From Gemmatimonadaceae bacterium (GTDB lineage: Bacteria > Gemmatimonadota > Gemmatimonadetes > Gemmatimonadales > Gemmatimonadaceae), in assembly GCA_035513015.1 (NCBI GenBank), contig DATKCV010000124.1:1-64000 (forward strand): DNA of 64,000 bases. The letters run 5' to 3'. The notes beneath the pieces are model-generated. The model did not search any database. It had not been told where the DNA came from and was given only the letters and a program-made list of their open reading frames with translations. Shown one piece after another: positions 27,786-38,806 of this stretch (position 1 is the first letter of the stretch; each line of letters starts with the position of its first letter). The translations under genes were made by a program, and so were the position numbers.

Positions 27786-29090
27786 ATGACCCAGCTCCTG
27801 CATCGCACCCTCCGCGGCGTCCTCGCCGCGGCACTGGTCGCCCTCTCCTCCGCTGCTCTCGCTGCGCAGGTCAGCCAGCCTGTTGCCGGTGGCGAGGCGG
27901 CGGTGGGGGATGCGGCGATCTGCGGTGACACCGCGCGAGACACCGACGACCGCGTCAAAGCATGCCGCGCCATGGTCGCGGGCGCGCCGGCCGACGCGGC
28001 GGCCCACGCCCGGCTCGGCGGCGTGCTTCTCGATGCCGGGGCGCTCGAAGAGGCGCTGCCGAGCCTCCGCGAAGCTGTCCGCTTGGCGCCGTCCAACCCC
28101 GTCAATCGGCACCGCCTCGCCGAGGCTCTCTACTATCTCGATCACGACGACGAGGCGGTGGCCGAGTACCGCGAAGCCGTCCGACTCGATCCGAAATTCG
28201 CGCGCGCGCACGTGGACCTCGCCGAGGCCCTCGCCTATCTCGACCGGAACGACGAGGCGTTGCGCAGCTTCGACGACGCGATAGCCGTCGCGCCCGCGAG
28301 CGCTCTGGCATACGAGCGGAAAGCTGGGCTGCTGGTCGAGATCGAGCGGTACGAGGAGGCTCTGGCCGTGTACGCTGCGTTCGCGGCGGCCCGACCCACT
28401 GATCCCGATCCGCACGCGCTGGCCGGGCTGCTGCTGATGGATCTGGAGCGCTTCCCCGAGGCGATCGCCGCCTATCGGTCGGCGCTGGCCGTCGCGCCCG
28501 CCGACGCCGCCACCCACAACGATCTCGGCGTGGTGCTCCAGCGCATGGGCAGCTCGGCGGCCGCGCTGGACTCGTACCGCGAGGCCCACCGGCTCGATCC
28601 GGCGACGGGCATATTCCTCCAGAACGTGCTCGCCCTGCTGATCGAGCTCGACCGCGGCGACGATGCTCTGCGGATCGCCGAGGAGCGCACGACATCGCGA
28701 CCCGACGCGGAGTCGTTCCACGCGCTGGGCACGGTTCAGCTCGCGCTCGAGCGCAACGAAGCTGCGCTGGCGAGCGCGAAAGAGTCGGTCGCGCGCGACT
28801 CGACGTACATCCCCGGACACCTGATGGTCTCGATCGCGCTTCTGCAGCTGGAACGGCCGGAGGAGGCGCTGGCAGCGAGTCTCACGCTCACGCGCATCGC
28901 TCCGCGCGAGGCGCGCGGCTGGGCGCTCGCCGGCCTGACGGCGTTCGCCATGGAGCGTGCCGAGGACGCGGTCGGATACCTTAGTGAAGCACGTCGTCTG
29001 AGTCCGGGATTGTTCCGCGAGCAGCCGATGCTCGAGGAGGCGCTGGATCAGGCGATCGCGTTGCTGGCGCACCGGCCGCCCGGCCCGTGA
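27786..29090 (+). CDS. Secreted TPR-repeat protein
   Basis: Signal peptide and about 10 TPR-like repeats (AEALYYLDHDDEAVAEYREAVRLDP...). The 587-aa antisense ORF is rejected. Confidence 0.75.
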   Translation: MTQLLHRTLRGVLAAALVALSSAALAAQVSQPVAGGEAAVGDAAICGDTARDTDDRVKACRAMVAGAPADAAAHARLGGVLLDAGALEEALPSLREAVRLAPSNPVNRHRLAEALYYLDHDDEAVAEYREAVRLDPKFARAHVDLAEALAYLDRNDEALRSFDDAIAVAPASALAYERKAGLLVEIERYEEALAVYAAFAAARPTDPDPHALAGLLLMDLERFPEAIAAYRSALAVAPADAATHNDLGVVLQRMGSSAAALDSYREAHRLDPATGIFLQNVLALLIELDRGDDALRIAEERTTSRPDAESFHALGTVQLALERNEAALASAKESVARDSTYIPGHLMVSIALLQLERPEEALAASLTLTRIAPREARGWALAGLTAFAMERAEDAVGYLSEARRLSPGLFREQPMLEEALDQAIALLAHRPPGP

Positions 29091-29157
29091 GGGCGGGCCA
29101 CCGACTACCGTTCACGACGCCATCCGCATCGACCCGATTTCGACCAGGACTCAGACC

Positions 29158-32001
29158 ATGCGCCGTGCTCCGCTCCTGGGATCCCACATCGCGCTCGCCC
29201 TTCTCGCCTCGATCGCCGGCGGGCAATCCAGGCCGACGCTGACGCCGGCCGACTACGGCCGCTTCGAGACGCTCGGAGCTGCCACGCTGTCGCCCGACGG
29301 CCGGTGGATCGCCTACGGCATCTCGCGAGTCAACGACACGACCGAGCTGCGCATCCGGCCAGTCGATCGCGACACGGTGCGCACCGTCCGCTGGGGCTCG
29401 GCGCCGAGCTTCTCGGCCGATTCGCGGTGGCTGGCCTGGAGCATCGGCGTGTCGTTGGAGGAGCAGCAGCGCCTCCAGCGCGATCGCCGCCCGGTGCGGC
29501 TGCGCGTTGGCGTGCTCGATCTGAGCACCGGCGAGGAGCGCGTGATCGACGCAGTCCGCGCGCGCGCGTTCGACGCGTCCGGCCGTTGGCTTGCGCTGCA
29601 CGGCTACGCGCCCGAGGAGCCGCGAGGCAAGGGCGCCGATCTGCGCGTCCTCGATCTCCAGTCGGGTACCGAGGTCACGTTCGGCAACGCCGCGGAGTTC
29701 GCCTGGAGCCGCACAGGCTCGCTCATTGCGATCACGATCGCGACGGGGACGCCGGCGGGCAACGGCGTACAGGTGTACGACGCGCGCACCGGACGACTGC
29801 AGGCGCTCGACGGCGGCGACGCAGCGTTCCGGCAGCTCGCCTGGCGCGAGCGCGGCCCCGATCTGGCGGTGCTCCGCTCGGTGCGCCCCGCCGCGCGGAC
29901 GGGCGGGCGGCACGTGCTGCTCGCCTGGCGCGGCGTCGATCGCGCCTCGCCCGAGCGACTACAGCTCGACTCCGCCGCCGCGGGACTCGCCGACACGCTG
30001 ATGATCTCCGAGCACTACCGCCCGCGCTGGTCGGACGACGGGCGGCGCCTGGCGATCGGCCTGCGTCCCGCGGAGCGCGATACCGCGGCGCGGGGCGCCG
30101 GTGCACGGCGCGACACGGCGGCGGCCACGCGCCCCGACTCGACGCGCCCGCCGGCCGACACGGCGCGGCCGCGTCCCGACTCGGCGAGCGCGGTCCAGGA
30201 CTCGCTCCCGGGCGTGCAGATCTGGCACACGAAGGACGTGCAGATCATCCCCCGGCAGCAGTCGCAGACGCAGGCGCGTGGGCGGCGGACGCTGCTCGCG
30301 GTGTGGGATCCAGCGGCGAACCGCGTCGTGCAGGTGGGATCGAGCCTCGACGAGAACGCGACGCTCGCCGAGGGGTGGCGGCACGGCATCGAGCGCGTGA
30401 CGGCGCGGTATCCGTGGGGGACGATGTTCGGCCGCCGGTATCTCGACGTGTGGGCGGTTGACCTCGCAAGCGGCGAGCGGCGACAGGTGGCGGACAGCGT
30501 GCGGTATGCGTGGGACAGCGGCGCCGGACGGTATCTGCTGACGTTCGACGGCGCGGATTACTGGACGCACGACCTGCGCTCCGGCGCACGCCGGAACATC
30601 ACACAGGGAGTCGCAACGGCATTCGCCGACACGCTGTACGACACGCCGACCGATCTCCTCCCGCCGCACGGGACCGGCGGCTGGATGCACGAGGATCGCG
30701 CCGTGCTGCTCTACGACCGGCACGACGTCTGGCGCGTCGCGACCGATGGGTCCGGCGCGACGCGGCTGACGCGAGGCGCCGAGGACTCGGTGGCGCACCG
30801 CGTGGTGCGCGTGGACACGGCGGGGCGGACGATCGATCCCGCGGCGCCGCTCTGGCTGTCGTTGTACGGCGAGTGGACGCAGCAGCGCGGCTACGCCGTG
30901 CTGCGCCGTGGGGCCCGCACGCCCGAGTGGCTCGTGTTCGATGACCGCGGTGTGTCCGGGCTGCGCCGCGCCGACAGCGCCGACGTCTTCCTGTACCGCG
31001 CCGAGGCGCGCGACGTCTCGCCGAACTGGTTCGTGTCCGGTCAGACGCTCGCCGGCGCGCGGCAGGTGACGGAGACGAATCCGTTCCTGCGCGACTACGC
31101 ATGGACGCGCGCCGAACGCATCGAGTACCGGAACGAGACCGGCCGGCGGCTCCAGGGGATCCTGCTGTTTCCGGCGAATCACGATCCGTCGCGCCGATAC
31201 CCGATGATCGTCTACGCGTACGAGATCCTGTCGCCGTCGATGCACTCGTTCCAGGTGCCGAGCGAGCGGAGCTACTACAACCAGACGGCATGGACGCAGC
31301 ACGGCTACTTCGTGCTGCTGCCGGACATCGTCTTCCGTGCGCGCGATCCGGGCGTCAGCCTGCTGGAGACGCTGCGTCCCGCGGTGGCATCGGTGGTGGC
31401 CAAGGGGCTGGTCGATCCCGCGCGCGTCGGGTTCGTGGGGCACTCGTGGGGCGGCTATCACGGGACCTACGTCGCGACCCATTCGAACCTGTTCGCCGCC
31501 TCCGTCGCCGGCGCCCCGCTGACGGACTTCGTCAGCTTCATGGGACAGATCCACTGGGGTCCGGGGAACGCCGAGACCGACCACTGGGAGACCGGGCAGG
31601 CACGGATGGAGGTGCCGTACTGGGAGGATCCGGACGCGCACGTCCGCAACTCGCCGCTCCACAACGTGCACAACATGACGACGCCTCTCCTGATGGCGCA
31701 CGGCAACAAGGACGGCGTGGTGGAGTTCTTCCAGGCGACGACGTTCTACAACTTCGCCCGGCGGGCGGGGAAGCAGATGGTGCTGCTCGTGTACGAGGAC
31801 GAGAACCACAGCTTCCAGAAGAAGCCCAACCAGATCGACTACCACCGGCGGATCGTCGAGTGGTTCGGGCACTATCTGAAGGGTGAGCCGGCGCCGTCGT
31901 GGATCACCGACGGCGTGCCGCTGGACGAGCACGAGCGGGAGAAGCGGCGCATCGCCGGACGGCGATCCGGGATCCAGACCGCCGATGGTGGTCCGCCCTG
32001 A
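29158..32001 (+). CDS. S9 family serine peptidase with N-terminal TolB-like beta-propeller
   Basis: Signal peptide, propeller domain, C-terminal alpha/beta hydrolase with GHSWGG and the D/H region (HGNKDGVV..., ENHSF). Confidence 0.9.
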   Translation: MRRAPLLGSHIALALLASIAGGQSRPTLTPADYGRFETLGAATLSPDGRWIAYGISRVNDTTELRIRPVDRDTVRTVRWGSAPSFSADSRWLAWSIGVSLEEQQRLQRDRRPVRLRVGVLDLSTGEERVIDAVRARAFDASGRWLALHGYAPEEPRGKGADLRVLDLQSGTEVTFGNAAEFAWSRTGSLIAITIATGTPAGNGVQVYDARTGRLQALDGGDAAFRQLAWRERGPDLAVLRSVRPAARTGGRHVLLAWRGVDRASPERLQLDSAAAGLADTLMISEHYRPRWSDDGRRLAIGLRPAERDTAARGAGARRDTAAATRPDSTRPPADTARPRPDSASAVQDSLPGVQIWHTKDVQIIPRQQSQTQARGRRTLLAVWDPAANRVVQVGSSLDENATLAEGWRHGIERVTARYPWGTMFGRRYLDVWAVDLASGERRQVADSVRYAWDSGAGRYLLTFDGADYWTHDLRSGARRNITQGVATAFADTLYDTPTDLLPPHGTGGWMHEDRAVLLYDRHDVWRVATDGSGATRLTRGAEDSVAHRVVRVDTAGRTIDPAAPLWLSLYGEWTQQRGYAVLRRGARTPEWLVFDDRGVSGLRRADSADVFLYRAEARDVSPNWFVSGQTLAGARQVTETNPFLRDYAWTRAERIEYRNETGRRLQGILLFPANHDPSRRYPMIVYAYEILSPSMHSFQVPSERSYYNQTAWTQHGYFVLLPDIVFRARDPGVSLLETLRPAVASVVAKGLVDPARVGFVGHSWGGYHGTYVATHSNLFAASVAGAPLTDFVSFMGQIHWGPGNAETDHWETGQARMEVPYWEDPDAHVRNSPLHNVHNMTTPLLMAHGNKDGVVEFFQATTFYNFARRAGKQMVLLVYEDENHSFQKKPNQIDYHRRIVEWFGHYLKGEPAPSWITDGVPLDEHEREKRRIAGRRSGIQTADGGPP

Positions 32002-32017
32002 GATCCGCGGCGCGGCG

Positions 32018-33334
32018 TCAGAAGAAAAAGAAGAACGACTCCTGGAAGCGCGAGTTCACCACGTTCTGGAAGACGGACCCGAAGCGGTAGCTCAGCCCCA
32101 CGTCCACGCCGAACTGGTATCGCGTCGCGAGCTGGCGGCGCCGCAGGAGCACGTCCTCCACGGTCTCCTCGCTCTTCGGCAGATAGATCTGGTCGTTGAT
32201 TCGCGCATAGCTGCCGCCGACCCTCAGATCGAAGCCGCGAAAGAGGCGGAAGTTTCCGAATCCACCGCCGGTGACCCGGAAGACGCTGGCGTCGTGGAAC
32301 GCCTGCGATCCGAGGAGCGAGAAATAGACGCTCCCCCACGGCTGGGTCGCCGAATACCCGATTTGAAGCGAGTGATCGCCGATCATCTCATCGGACTTGA
32401 AGTAGATGGTCGTGTCGCGGTAGTCGTAGGCCGACACCCCCACCGTGTACCGTGCGGTCAGCTGCCGGCGCGTGGACTCGGAGTAGGGGAACAGGTTGGC
32501 CTCGATTGCCGGCGCGAGCCGGAGCGTGAGCCGCTGGTTCTCGCGCGTCGAGGCGCGGGCCGTCAACTGCACGCCGGAGGCCCACCGGCCGCCGAGGCTG
32601 CGGACGACCAGCGCGTTGTTGTTGGAGGAGTGCTGATAGTTGGTGATCGTCCGGGTGCTGCCGTCCTCCTCTGGTACCTCGAAAGCGCTCTCGCTGTACG
32701 AGCCACTGCCGGTAAAGCTGATCTTCCACAGCTCGGTCGTGCGGCTCGCCGAGAAGGAGCCGGAGGTGCCCGCGCTGGAGTTCGCCCGCTCCCCGCCGAA
32801 CCGTCCCGAGCCGCTGATCCGGAAGGTCCACAGGTTCCATGGATCGCGCGCCGGCGTCGGCCGTTCCGCGGCGGCCGCCGGAGTGACGGAGACGCTGATC
32901 CGGGATGCCTCCGGCCGGCCGGCGACGTATCGCATCAGTCCGAGCCGGAGCGTGTGCGTCAGCCCGCTGCGGATCTCGGCGGAGACATCGGTCCCGCTGC
33001 TCACGTAGCGGAGCGTCTGGTCGGCGCCGGTGAGGGTCCCCTGTCCAATGAAGCCGAGCGTGAACTCCCAGCCGCCTCCTCCCGTCATCTGCGCCGTGAT
33101 GAGAACGTGCAGCGGCGCATCACGCCGGTCGCGCACGTAGTCCACATAGGTGATCTCGGTGCGAATGAAGTCGAAGTCGCAGTACGGTGCCTGACAGTCG
33201 ATGAAGGCCCGGAGCCGGTCGGATTGCCCGGCGGAGGTGTCCGACACGACCGGATCCTGCGCACGGGCGGCGGGCGCGATGGCGAGGAGTACGACGGCGA
33301 GGGCCAGGAGGCGGTGGAGGTTTGGTCTCGTCAT
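32018..33334 (-). CDS. Outer-membrane beta-barrel protein (DUF481-like), C-terminal FFFFF
   Basis: Signal peptide [26 protein letters not shown], alternating amphipathic strands and a terminal aromatic run. Start trimmed from the ORF-track start at 33433. Confidence 0.6.
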   Translation of the reverse strand: MTRPNLHRLLALAVVLLAIAPAARAQDPVVSDTSAGQSDRLRAFIDCQAPYCDFDFIRTEITYVDYVRDRRDAPLHVLITAQMTGGGGWEFTLGFIGQGTLTGADQTLRYVSSGTDVSAEIRSGLTHTLRLGLMRYVAGRPEASRISVSVTPAAAAERPTPARDPWNLWTFRISGSGRFGGERANSSAGTSGSFSASRTTELWKISFTGSGSYSESAFEVPEEDGSTRTITNYQHSSNNNALVVRSLGGRWASGVQLTARASTRENQRLTLRLAPAIEANLFPYSESTRRQLTARYTVGVSAYDYRDTTIYFKSDEMIGDHSLQIGYSATQPWGSVYFSLLGSQAFHDASVFRVTGGGFGNFRLFRGFDLRVGGSYARINDQIYLPKSEETVEDVLLRRRQLATRYQFGVDVGLSYRFGSVFQNVVNSRFQESFFFFF

Positions 33335-33606
33335 CGGGCGTCGGGGCGGAGGGGGCAGGTTCGATCGCGCACGCTGCAGGACACCGGCCGGCGTGGACTG
33401 ACTCGGCGAGGCGCCAGCCGCTGGCTGAAACACTGGGAACGGGAGGCAAGGAGGTCAACAGCCGGTCCGTCGTCGATGACGAGTGCTCGACCATCGGGGG
33501 CACGACTCGCGGTCCCGCGGGGGGGCATGACACGTGCCGGCGGCTCCGCGGTAGGCCCTCCCGGTGCGCGTTAGATTTCCGGCTGCACTCCACGGCGAGG
33601 TGTCTG

Positions 33607-35283
33607 GTGGCTCCACAGTTCATTTACGTGATGAAGGGTCTGCGCAAGGTCGTTCCGCCTTCGCGCGTGATCCTGGACGACATATGGCTCTCCTTCTATC
33701 CCGGCGCGAAGATCGGCGTCCTCGGCCCCAACGGCAGCGGGAAGTCGTCGCTGCTCCGGATCATGGCCGGCGTCGACACCGACGTTCAGGGCGAGGCATG
33801 GGCGGCGCAGGGCACCCGCGTCGGATTTCTCCCGCAGGAGCCGGAGCTCGATCCGACGAAGGACGTGAAGGGTAACGTGGACGAAGCGGTGCGCGAGCAG
33901 CGCTCGCTGCTCGACCGGTTCCAGGAGATCTCGATGCAGTTCGCCGAGCCGATGTCCGACGCGGCGATGGAGAAGCTGCTGGCCGAGCAGTCGCGCGTGC
34001 AGGAGCGGATCGACGCGCAGGATCTGTGGAGTCTCGACAACAAGATCGAGATCGCCATGGATGCGCTGCGCCTCCCGCCCGCCGACGCCGCCGTCGCGAC
34101 GCTGTCCGGCGGCGAGAAGCGCCGGGTCGCGCTCTGTCGCGTGCTGCTCGAGCAGCCGGACATGCTGCTGCTCGACGAGCCGACCAACCATCTGGATGCC
34201 GAGAGCGTGGCCTGGCTCGAGCGTCACCTGGCCGAATTCCCCGGTACCGTGGTGGCCGTGACCCACGACCGCTACTTCCTCGACAACGTGGCCGGATGGA
34301 TTCTCGAGCTCGATCGCGGGCGCGGGATCCCGTACGAGGGGAACTACTCGTCGTGGCTCGACCAGAAGCGCGTCCGGCTGGCGCAGGAGGAGAAGACCCA
34401 GTCGGCGCGGCAGCGGACGCTGGAGCGCGAGCTGGAGTGGGTGCGGATGGCGCCGCGGGCGCGGCAGGCGAAGAGCAAGGCGCGCATCCAGAAGTACGAG
34501 GAGCTGGCGGCCCAGGATGGCGGCGAGAAGGTCATGCAACACGAGATCGTGATCCCGCCGCCGCCGAGGCTGGGGAACGAGGTCGTGACCGCACGGGACC
34601 TCCGGAAGGCCTACGGCGACAAGCTGCTGATCGACGGGTTGTCGTTCGACCTGCCGCGCGGCGGGATCGTCGGCGTGATCGGGCCCAACGGGGCGGGGAA
34701 GACGACCCTGTTCCGGATGATCGTCGGCCAGGAGACGTCGGACGATGGCTCGCTCAAGGTCGGGGACACCGTCTCGCTGGCGTACGTCGATCAGAATCGC
34801 ACGCTGGAGGGCGGGAACACGGTTTGGCAGGAGATCTCGGGCGGGCGGGAGACGATCCAGGTCGGGAAGCGGGAGCTGAACAGCCGGGCGTATCTGGCGA
34901 GCTTCAACTTCAAGGGGTCGGATCAGCAGAAAAAGGTCGGGGATCTCTCGGGAGGAGAGCGGAACCGGCTGCACCTAGCCAAGACCGTCATGGCGGGCGG
35001 GAACCTGTTCCTGCTCGACGAGCCGACGAACGATCTGGACGTCGATACGCTGCGGGCCCTGGAGGATGCGCTGGTGGACTTCGCCGGGTGCGCGGTGATC
35101 ATCTCGCACGACCGGTGGTTTCTGGATCGGGTGGCGACGCACATGCTGGCGTTCGAGGGGAACTCGGAGGTCGTCTGGTTCGAGGGGAATTATCAGGCGT
35201 ACATCGAGGATCTCAGGAAGCGGAAGGGGCCGGACGCGGATCAGCCGCACCGCATCGCGTATCGGAAGTTGGTGCGGGCGTGA
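33607..35283 (+). CDS. ettA: Energy-dependent translational throttle protein EttA (ABC-F ATPase)
   Basis: Collinear over its whole length with E. coli EttA as recalled from memory ([17 protein letters not shown] vs MAQFVYTMHRVGKVVPP; two Walker A/B and signature motifs; arm and PtIM). GTG start at 33607. Confidence 0.9.
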   Translation: MAPQFIYVMKGLRKVVPPSRVILDDIWLSFYPGAKIGVLGPNGSGKSSLLRIMAGVDTDVQGEAWAAQGTRVGFLPQEPELDPTKDVKGNVDEAVREQRSLLDRFQEISMQFAEPMSDAAMEKLLAEQSRVQERIDAQDLWSLDNKIEIAMDALRLPPADAAVATLSGGEKRRVALCRVLLEQPDMLLLDEPTNHLDAESVAWLERHLAEFPGTVVAVTHDRYFLDNVAGWILELDRGRGIPYEGNYSSWLDQKRVRLAQEEKTQSARQRTLERELEWVRMAPRARQAKSKARIQKYEELAAQDGGEKVMQHEIVIPPPPRLGNEVVTARDLRKAYGDKLLIDGLSFDLPRGGIVGVIGPNGAGKTTLFRMIVGQETSDDGSLKVGDTVSLAYVDQNRTLEGGNTVWQEISGGRETIQVGKRELNSRAYLASFNFKGSDQQKKVGDLSGGERNRLHLAKTVMAGGNLFLLDEPTNDLDVDTLRALEDALVDFAGCAVIISHDRWFLDRVATHMLAFEGNSEVVWFEGNYQAYIEDLRKRKGPDADQPHRIAYRKLVRA

Positions 35284-35381
35284 TCACCGTGCCGCTTCGC
35301 GCGGCCGATCGTCTGTGCTCGATGGATCTCCCTGGCGCGCAGGGGGTCTGACTCCCCCCCGCAAGGAAAGCCCGATTCAGG

Positions 35382-36350
35382 GTGGTGCGTCACTGCGCGG
35401 GTGGTGTGCATCGTCCAAGCTCCAGCCCGCTCATCGTCAGTGCCGGGGACTCACCGCGTCGCTGGCGGCGCCTCCCCGTACACGCATCGAGTTTTTCAGC
35501 CGACGTGTCTTCGACCGCATCACGCACGCCTCGCCTCGCCGCCGTACTCTCAGCCGCCGGGCAGACCCCTCTCACCATTGGGCAGGAAGCTGCCCAGGAT
35601 CTCGGCCTCGCCGCCCTCGAGCATCTCGAGGGCTCGCCGGCGGAAGCCGATCTGCGCAGTCTGGTGGTCTACGCGGCGCGCCATGAAGAGACGGCGCCGG
35701 CGCGCGACGCGCTGGTGGCCGTGCTGCTCAACGCGAGCGGCACCCTCCCGGCCACGCTCGTCCAGCGCGCGCGCGCGGAGGTACGGAAGACGGACTGGGG
35801 CGGCGGACGAGAAGCGGCGGCTCCCACACTCGATCCGGACGTGGGGAGCGTACCTCGGCGGAAGGCGCTGGCCGAGCGGCTACTCGCTGAACGGGCGCGA
35901 CGCCTTCGCCCGCGGATGCACGCCTATGTCGCGGCGATACTCGCCGCCGGCCCCGAAGCACCGGCAGTCCCGTCGTGGTTCCTCGAGCGCAACTGGCTGG
36001 ACCTTCGCGACACGCTTGCACAGCGCGTGCGAGCCGAGCCGATGCACCGCGAGTCGATCGCGCGATGGCTGAGGAACCAGCAGCCCGCCGTACGGGCGCG
36101 TCTTCGACACGTCGAGGATGTGCTCATCGACGTGGCGACACAGGCGATCCTTCAGAACCCGCAACGGGCTCCGCTCGCGCCCTACGTGGGTGACGAACGC
36201 GTCGCCGAGGCGGTGAGGACGGCCGTGCAATATCGGGGTGAGCCGGCGCGCGCGAGGCTGGCGACCTATCTGTCGCGGTTGACGCCCGGGACGGCATGGT
36301 ACGCGGCGGTCAAGGCGATCATGGCGCGGTCGCCGACATCAGCTGGTTGA
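35382..36350 (+). CDS. Hypothetical protein (no recognisable family)
   Basis: Long ORF with helical protein-like composition and only short antisense ORFs. The start is uncertain. Confidence 0.3.
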   Translation: MVRHCAGGVHRPSSSPLIVSAGDSPRRWRRLPVHASSFSADVSSTASRTPRLAAVLSAAGQTPLTIGQEAAQDLGLAALEHLEGSPAEADLRSLVVYAARHEETAPARDALVAVLLNASGTLPATLVQRARAEVRKTDWGGGREAAAPTLDPDVGSVPRRKALAERLLAERARRLRPRMHAYVAAILAAGPEAPAVPSWFLERNWLDLRDTLAQRVRAEPMHRESIARWLRNQQPAVRARLRHVEDVLIDVATQAILQNPQRAPLAPYVGDERVAEAVRTAVQYRGEPARARLATYLSRLTPGTAWYAAVKAIMARSPTSAG

Positions 36351-36478
36351 GTAGCGAGTAGGTGGGGCAGGGTGTCGTGCCAGCGCACCGATTCGAGCCG
36401 CTCGGCCTCTCTGCCTTTGTCGAGCCGCACGCGCTCGAACCCTGATACGTCACACGGTGCTTCCGTACCCTTGCCGCA

Positions 36479-37252
36479 TCAGAGGCCGAGAGCGTGAAGG
36501 AGCCGGCGGTCCTCGTCGGCCCCAGCGTACGAGGTGCCGTGGAAGTACGCGTCGGGATCGCCCCGCCACTCCCCTTGTCGGCAGGTCACCAGCGCCCGTG
36601 ACTCGACGACCACGAAACCCGCCGGGCGCAGCAGGGCGAGGCACGCCTCGTAGGCAGTCGTCGAATGCATCGCGATCATCAGCCGCGTGTCGGAGCGCAG
36701 CACGCTCATCGCGCCCGCCAGCACTTCCGCCTCCGCGCCCTCCACATCGATCTTGACGAAATTCGGCGAGGGAAGGCCGGAGCCCACGAGTGACGAGACG
36801 GTCCGGACGGCTACGGTCTCGTCACCCTGGCCCAGCGCGTGCATCCGCGACGTCGCGCCTCCCCCGAATGTTGCGTCGCCATCGAACGATCCGAGCGCGA
36901 ATGGAAGCACGTGCACATTGACGAGTCGGTTCCAGCGCACGTGGCGCCGGAGCACCGCGCGATTCTCGTGGGCAGGCTCGAAGGCGTACACCGTGCCGGA
37001 GGGCCCCACACGCCGGGAGGCGAGGAGAGTGACGAAACCCTGATGCGCCCCCAGATCCCACACGGTATCCCCGGGTCGGATGAGCGCGTCCAGGACCCGC
37101 ATCCTGGTCAGTTCCCGGCGCCCACTGGCGTGACCGCTCCCGGCGCTCGCCAGATTCCACAGAAGGCTGCGGTTCACGCCGCTCATGATCGGGACGGGAA
37201 TCCGCCGCGTCACCAGGTCGGTGATTCTACGGACGGGTCGGGGGAGCCGCAT
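36479..37252 (-). CDS. FkbM family methyltransferase
   Basis: VWDLGAHQGFVTLLASRRVGPSGTVYAFEP...VKIDVEGAE. Start trimmed to MRLPRP (37250-37252); the upstream extension reads through an AT-rich non-coding segment. Confidence 0.75.
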   Translation of the reverse strand: MRLPRPVRRITDLVTRRIPVPIMSGVNRSLLWNLASAGSGHASGRRELTRMRVLDALIRPGDTVWDLGAHQGFVTLLASRRVGPSGTVYAFEPAHENRAVLRRHVRWNRLVNVHVLPFALGSFDGDATFGGGATSRMHALGQGDETVAVRTVSSLVGSGLPSPNFVKIDVEGAEAEVLAGAMSVLRSDTRLMIAMHSTTAYEACLALLRPAGFVVVESRALVTCRQGEWRGDPDAYFHGTSYAGADEDRRLLHALGL

Positions 37253-37299
37253 ACTCTCGCGCGAGGAGGTGGAGCAGCGATGGCCTTGGAGCGACGTAT

Positions 37300-37321
37300 T
37301 GTCAATACATATGTAATGACA
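37300..37321. promoter_or_regulatory. AT-rich 22-bp near-palindrome (tgtcaatacatatgtaatgaca), putative operator
   Basis: A low-GC island in a ~70% GC genome, imperfect at 2 symmetric positions, located between the divergent FkbM-MTase and DUF3006 genes. Confidence 0.4.
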
Positions 37322-37533
37322 TAAAGACGGAGCGCCCGTCAGGTCGCACCGCGAGGGCCGATCGGCGACGTCGTAGCCGTGACCTCGGCGGCGCTCGTGG
37401 ACGGATTCCATGCGCCTCGTCGGCCGGGCGTACCCGGATCCGTTCGAGGGGGTCGCCACGGCAGTCGACGCAGTGCACCTTTCCCGGATGGAGCACTCCG
37501 TGCTGCTGGCGGTCGCCTCAGGCCTTTGAACCG

Positions 37534-37794
37534 GTGCTCTGGATCATCGATCGTTTCGAGGGGAGCATCGCCGTCATCGAGCGCGAAGACGGCCTCACGC
37601 TCGACCTGCCGCGCGAGTGGCTGCCGCGACAGGCGGCCGAGGGCGCCGTCGTCAGGCTGAGCGCGACGCGTGCTGGAGAGTCATCTACGGTCGAGTTCCA
37701 GCTCGACCCTGAAGCCACCGCTCGACGTCGCGCTGAGCTCGAGCGTCTGAGGGATGCCATCCCGAAGGCGCCCGACGGCGACATCGCGCTGTGA
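37534..37794 (+). CDS. DUF3006 domain protein
   Basis: MLWIIDRFEGSIAVIERED... is the typical DUF3006 N-terminus. Its stop overlaps the downstream GTG start (GTGA). Confidence 0.7.
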   Translation: MLWIIDRFEGSIAVIEREDGLTLDLPREWLPRQAAEGAVVRLSATRAGESSTVEFQLDPEATARRRAELERLRDAIPKAPDGDIAL

Positions 37795-38696
37795 TGCGTT
37801 CGCACGCCATCCGCCTGTGCGTCATTGTCGCCGGCGTCATCGCGCTCGCGGCACCCATCGCCTCGGCGCAGGATGAGGCACCGCTCAGGATCGTCTTCTT
37901 CGACGTCGGACAGGGCGACGCGGTAGCCATCATCGCACCGGATGGGCGGACGGTACTTTATGATGGAGGCCCTCCTTCGACCGACATGCCGGCTCTCCTC
38001 GAGCGGCAGAAGGTCGCGTCGGTCGCGCTGGTGATCGCGTCCCACAACCACGCCGACCACATCGGCGGACTTCCGCGCGTGTTCGAGCGGTACCGACCGG
38101 CGTACTACCTGGAGAACGGCATCCCGCACACCACGCGTGCGTACGAGCGGCTCCTCCTCGCGGTGCGCGCCGCCGGCTCGCTGCGGCTGGAGCCCACCCG
38201 GCGCACGATCAGTCTGGGAGAGGCGCGACTTCACGTGCTCCCGCCCATCGGGCCATCGAGACGCGGCCAGAACGACAACTCGGTCGGCGTGATCGTCGAG
38301 TACGGTGCCTTCCGCGCTTCGCTCCTCGGCGACTCCGAGCCCAGACAGCAGCGATGGTGGTCGAGTAATCACGATGATCTGCTGAGTGCGGTGGCCGTTC
38401 ACAAGTCCAGCCACCATGGCTCGCGGGCGGGCGACGTACGGGAGGTGATCCAGCGGCTGCGTCCGGCGATCGTCGTCATTGGAGTCGGCGCCCGCAACAG
38501 TTACGGCCATCCGGCGGCCGAGACGCTGGCGATCTATCGGGCCATCTGCGCGCGCGTCTACCGCACCGATCATCACGGGACGGTGACCGTGTCCGTGTGG
38601 AGCGATGGGAGGTTCGAGGTCGCCACGGCGCGGCAGCCCGCCACAGGCGGAATGGAAGTACGCCCGGCTCCCGAGTGCCATCGCGCCGCGTACTGA
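37791..38696 (+). CDS. MBL-fold metallo-hydrolase (ComEC-C-terminal-like beta-lactamase domain), secreted
   Basis: Signal peptide, then IVFFDVGQGDAVAI and ASHNHADHIGG (HxHxDH). Confidence 0.85.
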   Translation: MMRSHAIRLCVIVAGVIALAAPIASAQDEAPLRIVFFDVGQGDAVAIIAPDGRTVLYDGGPPSTDMPALLERQKVASVALVIASHNHADHIGGLPRVFERYRPAYYLENGIPHTTRAYERLLLAVRAAGSLRLEPTRRTISLGEARLHVLPPIGPSRRGQNDNSVGVIVEYGAFRASLLGDSEPRQQRWWSSNHDDLLSAVAVHKSSHHGSRAGDVREVIQRLRPAIVVIGVGARNSYGHPAAETLAIYRAICARVYRTDHHGTVTVSVWSDGRFEVATARQPATGGMEVRPAPECHRAAY

Positions 38697-38806
38697 TCGG
38701 ATCGCGAGGTCAGCGGCGCGTTCAAGGCGTGCTCGGCGCGTCCAAGACCAGACTCTGCCTTGATCCGATCTTCGTGGTCTGTGTTCTGGAATCCATTTCC
38801 GGGAGC

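Noticed and set aside
27309-29072. 587-aa - strand ORF
   Set aside because: It is antisense to the TPR protein, whose repeat periodicity is clear. This ORF is R/L/E-rich without motifs.
29959-31932. 657-aa - strand ORF
   Set aside because: It is antisense to the S9 peptidase (GHSWGG).
31883-33574. 563-aa + strand ORF
   Set aside because: It is antisense to the outer-membrane beta-barrel gene and spans the intergenic region.
33322-33606. 95-codon N-terminal extension of the ettA ORF
   Set aside because: Alignment to E. coli EttA (recalled from memory) begins at [10 protein letters not shown] (GTG 33607). The upstream codons lie in the divergent promoter region.
33571-34974. 467-aa - strand ORF
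   Set aside because: It is antisense to ettA.
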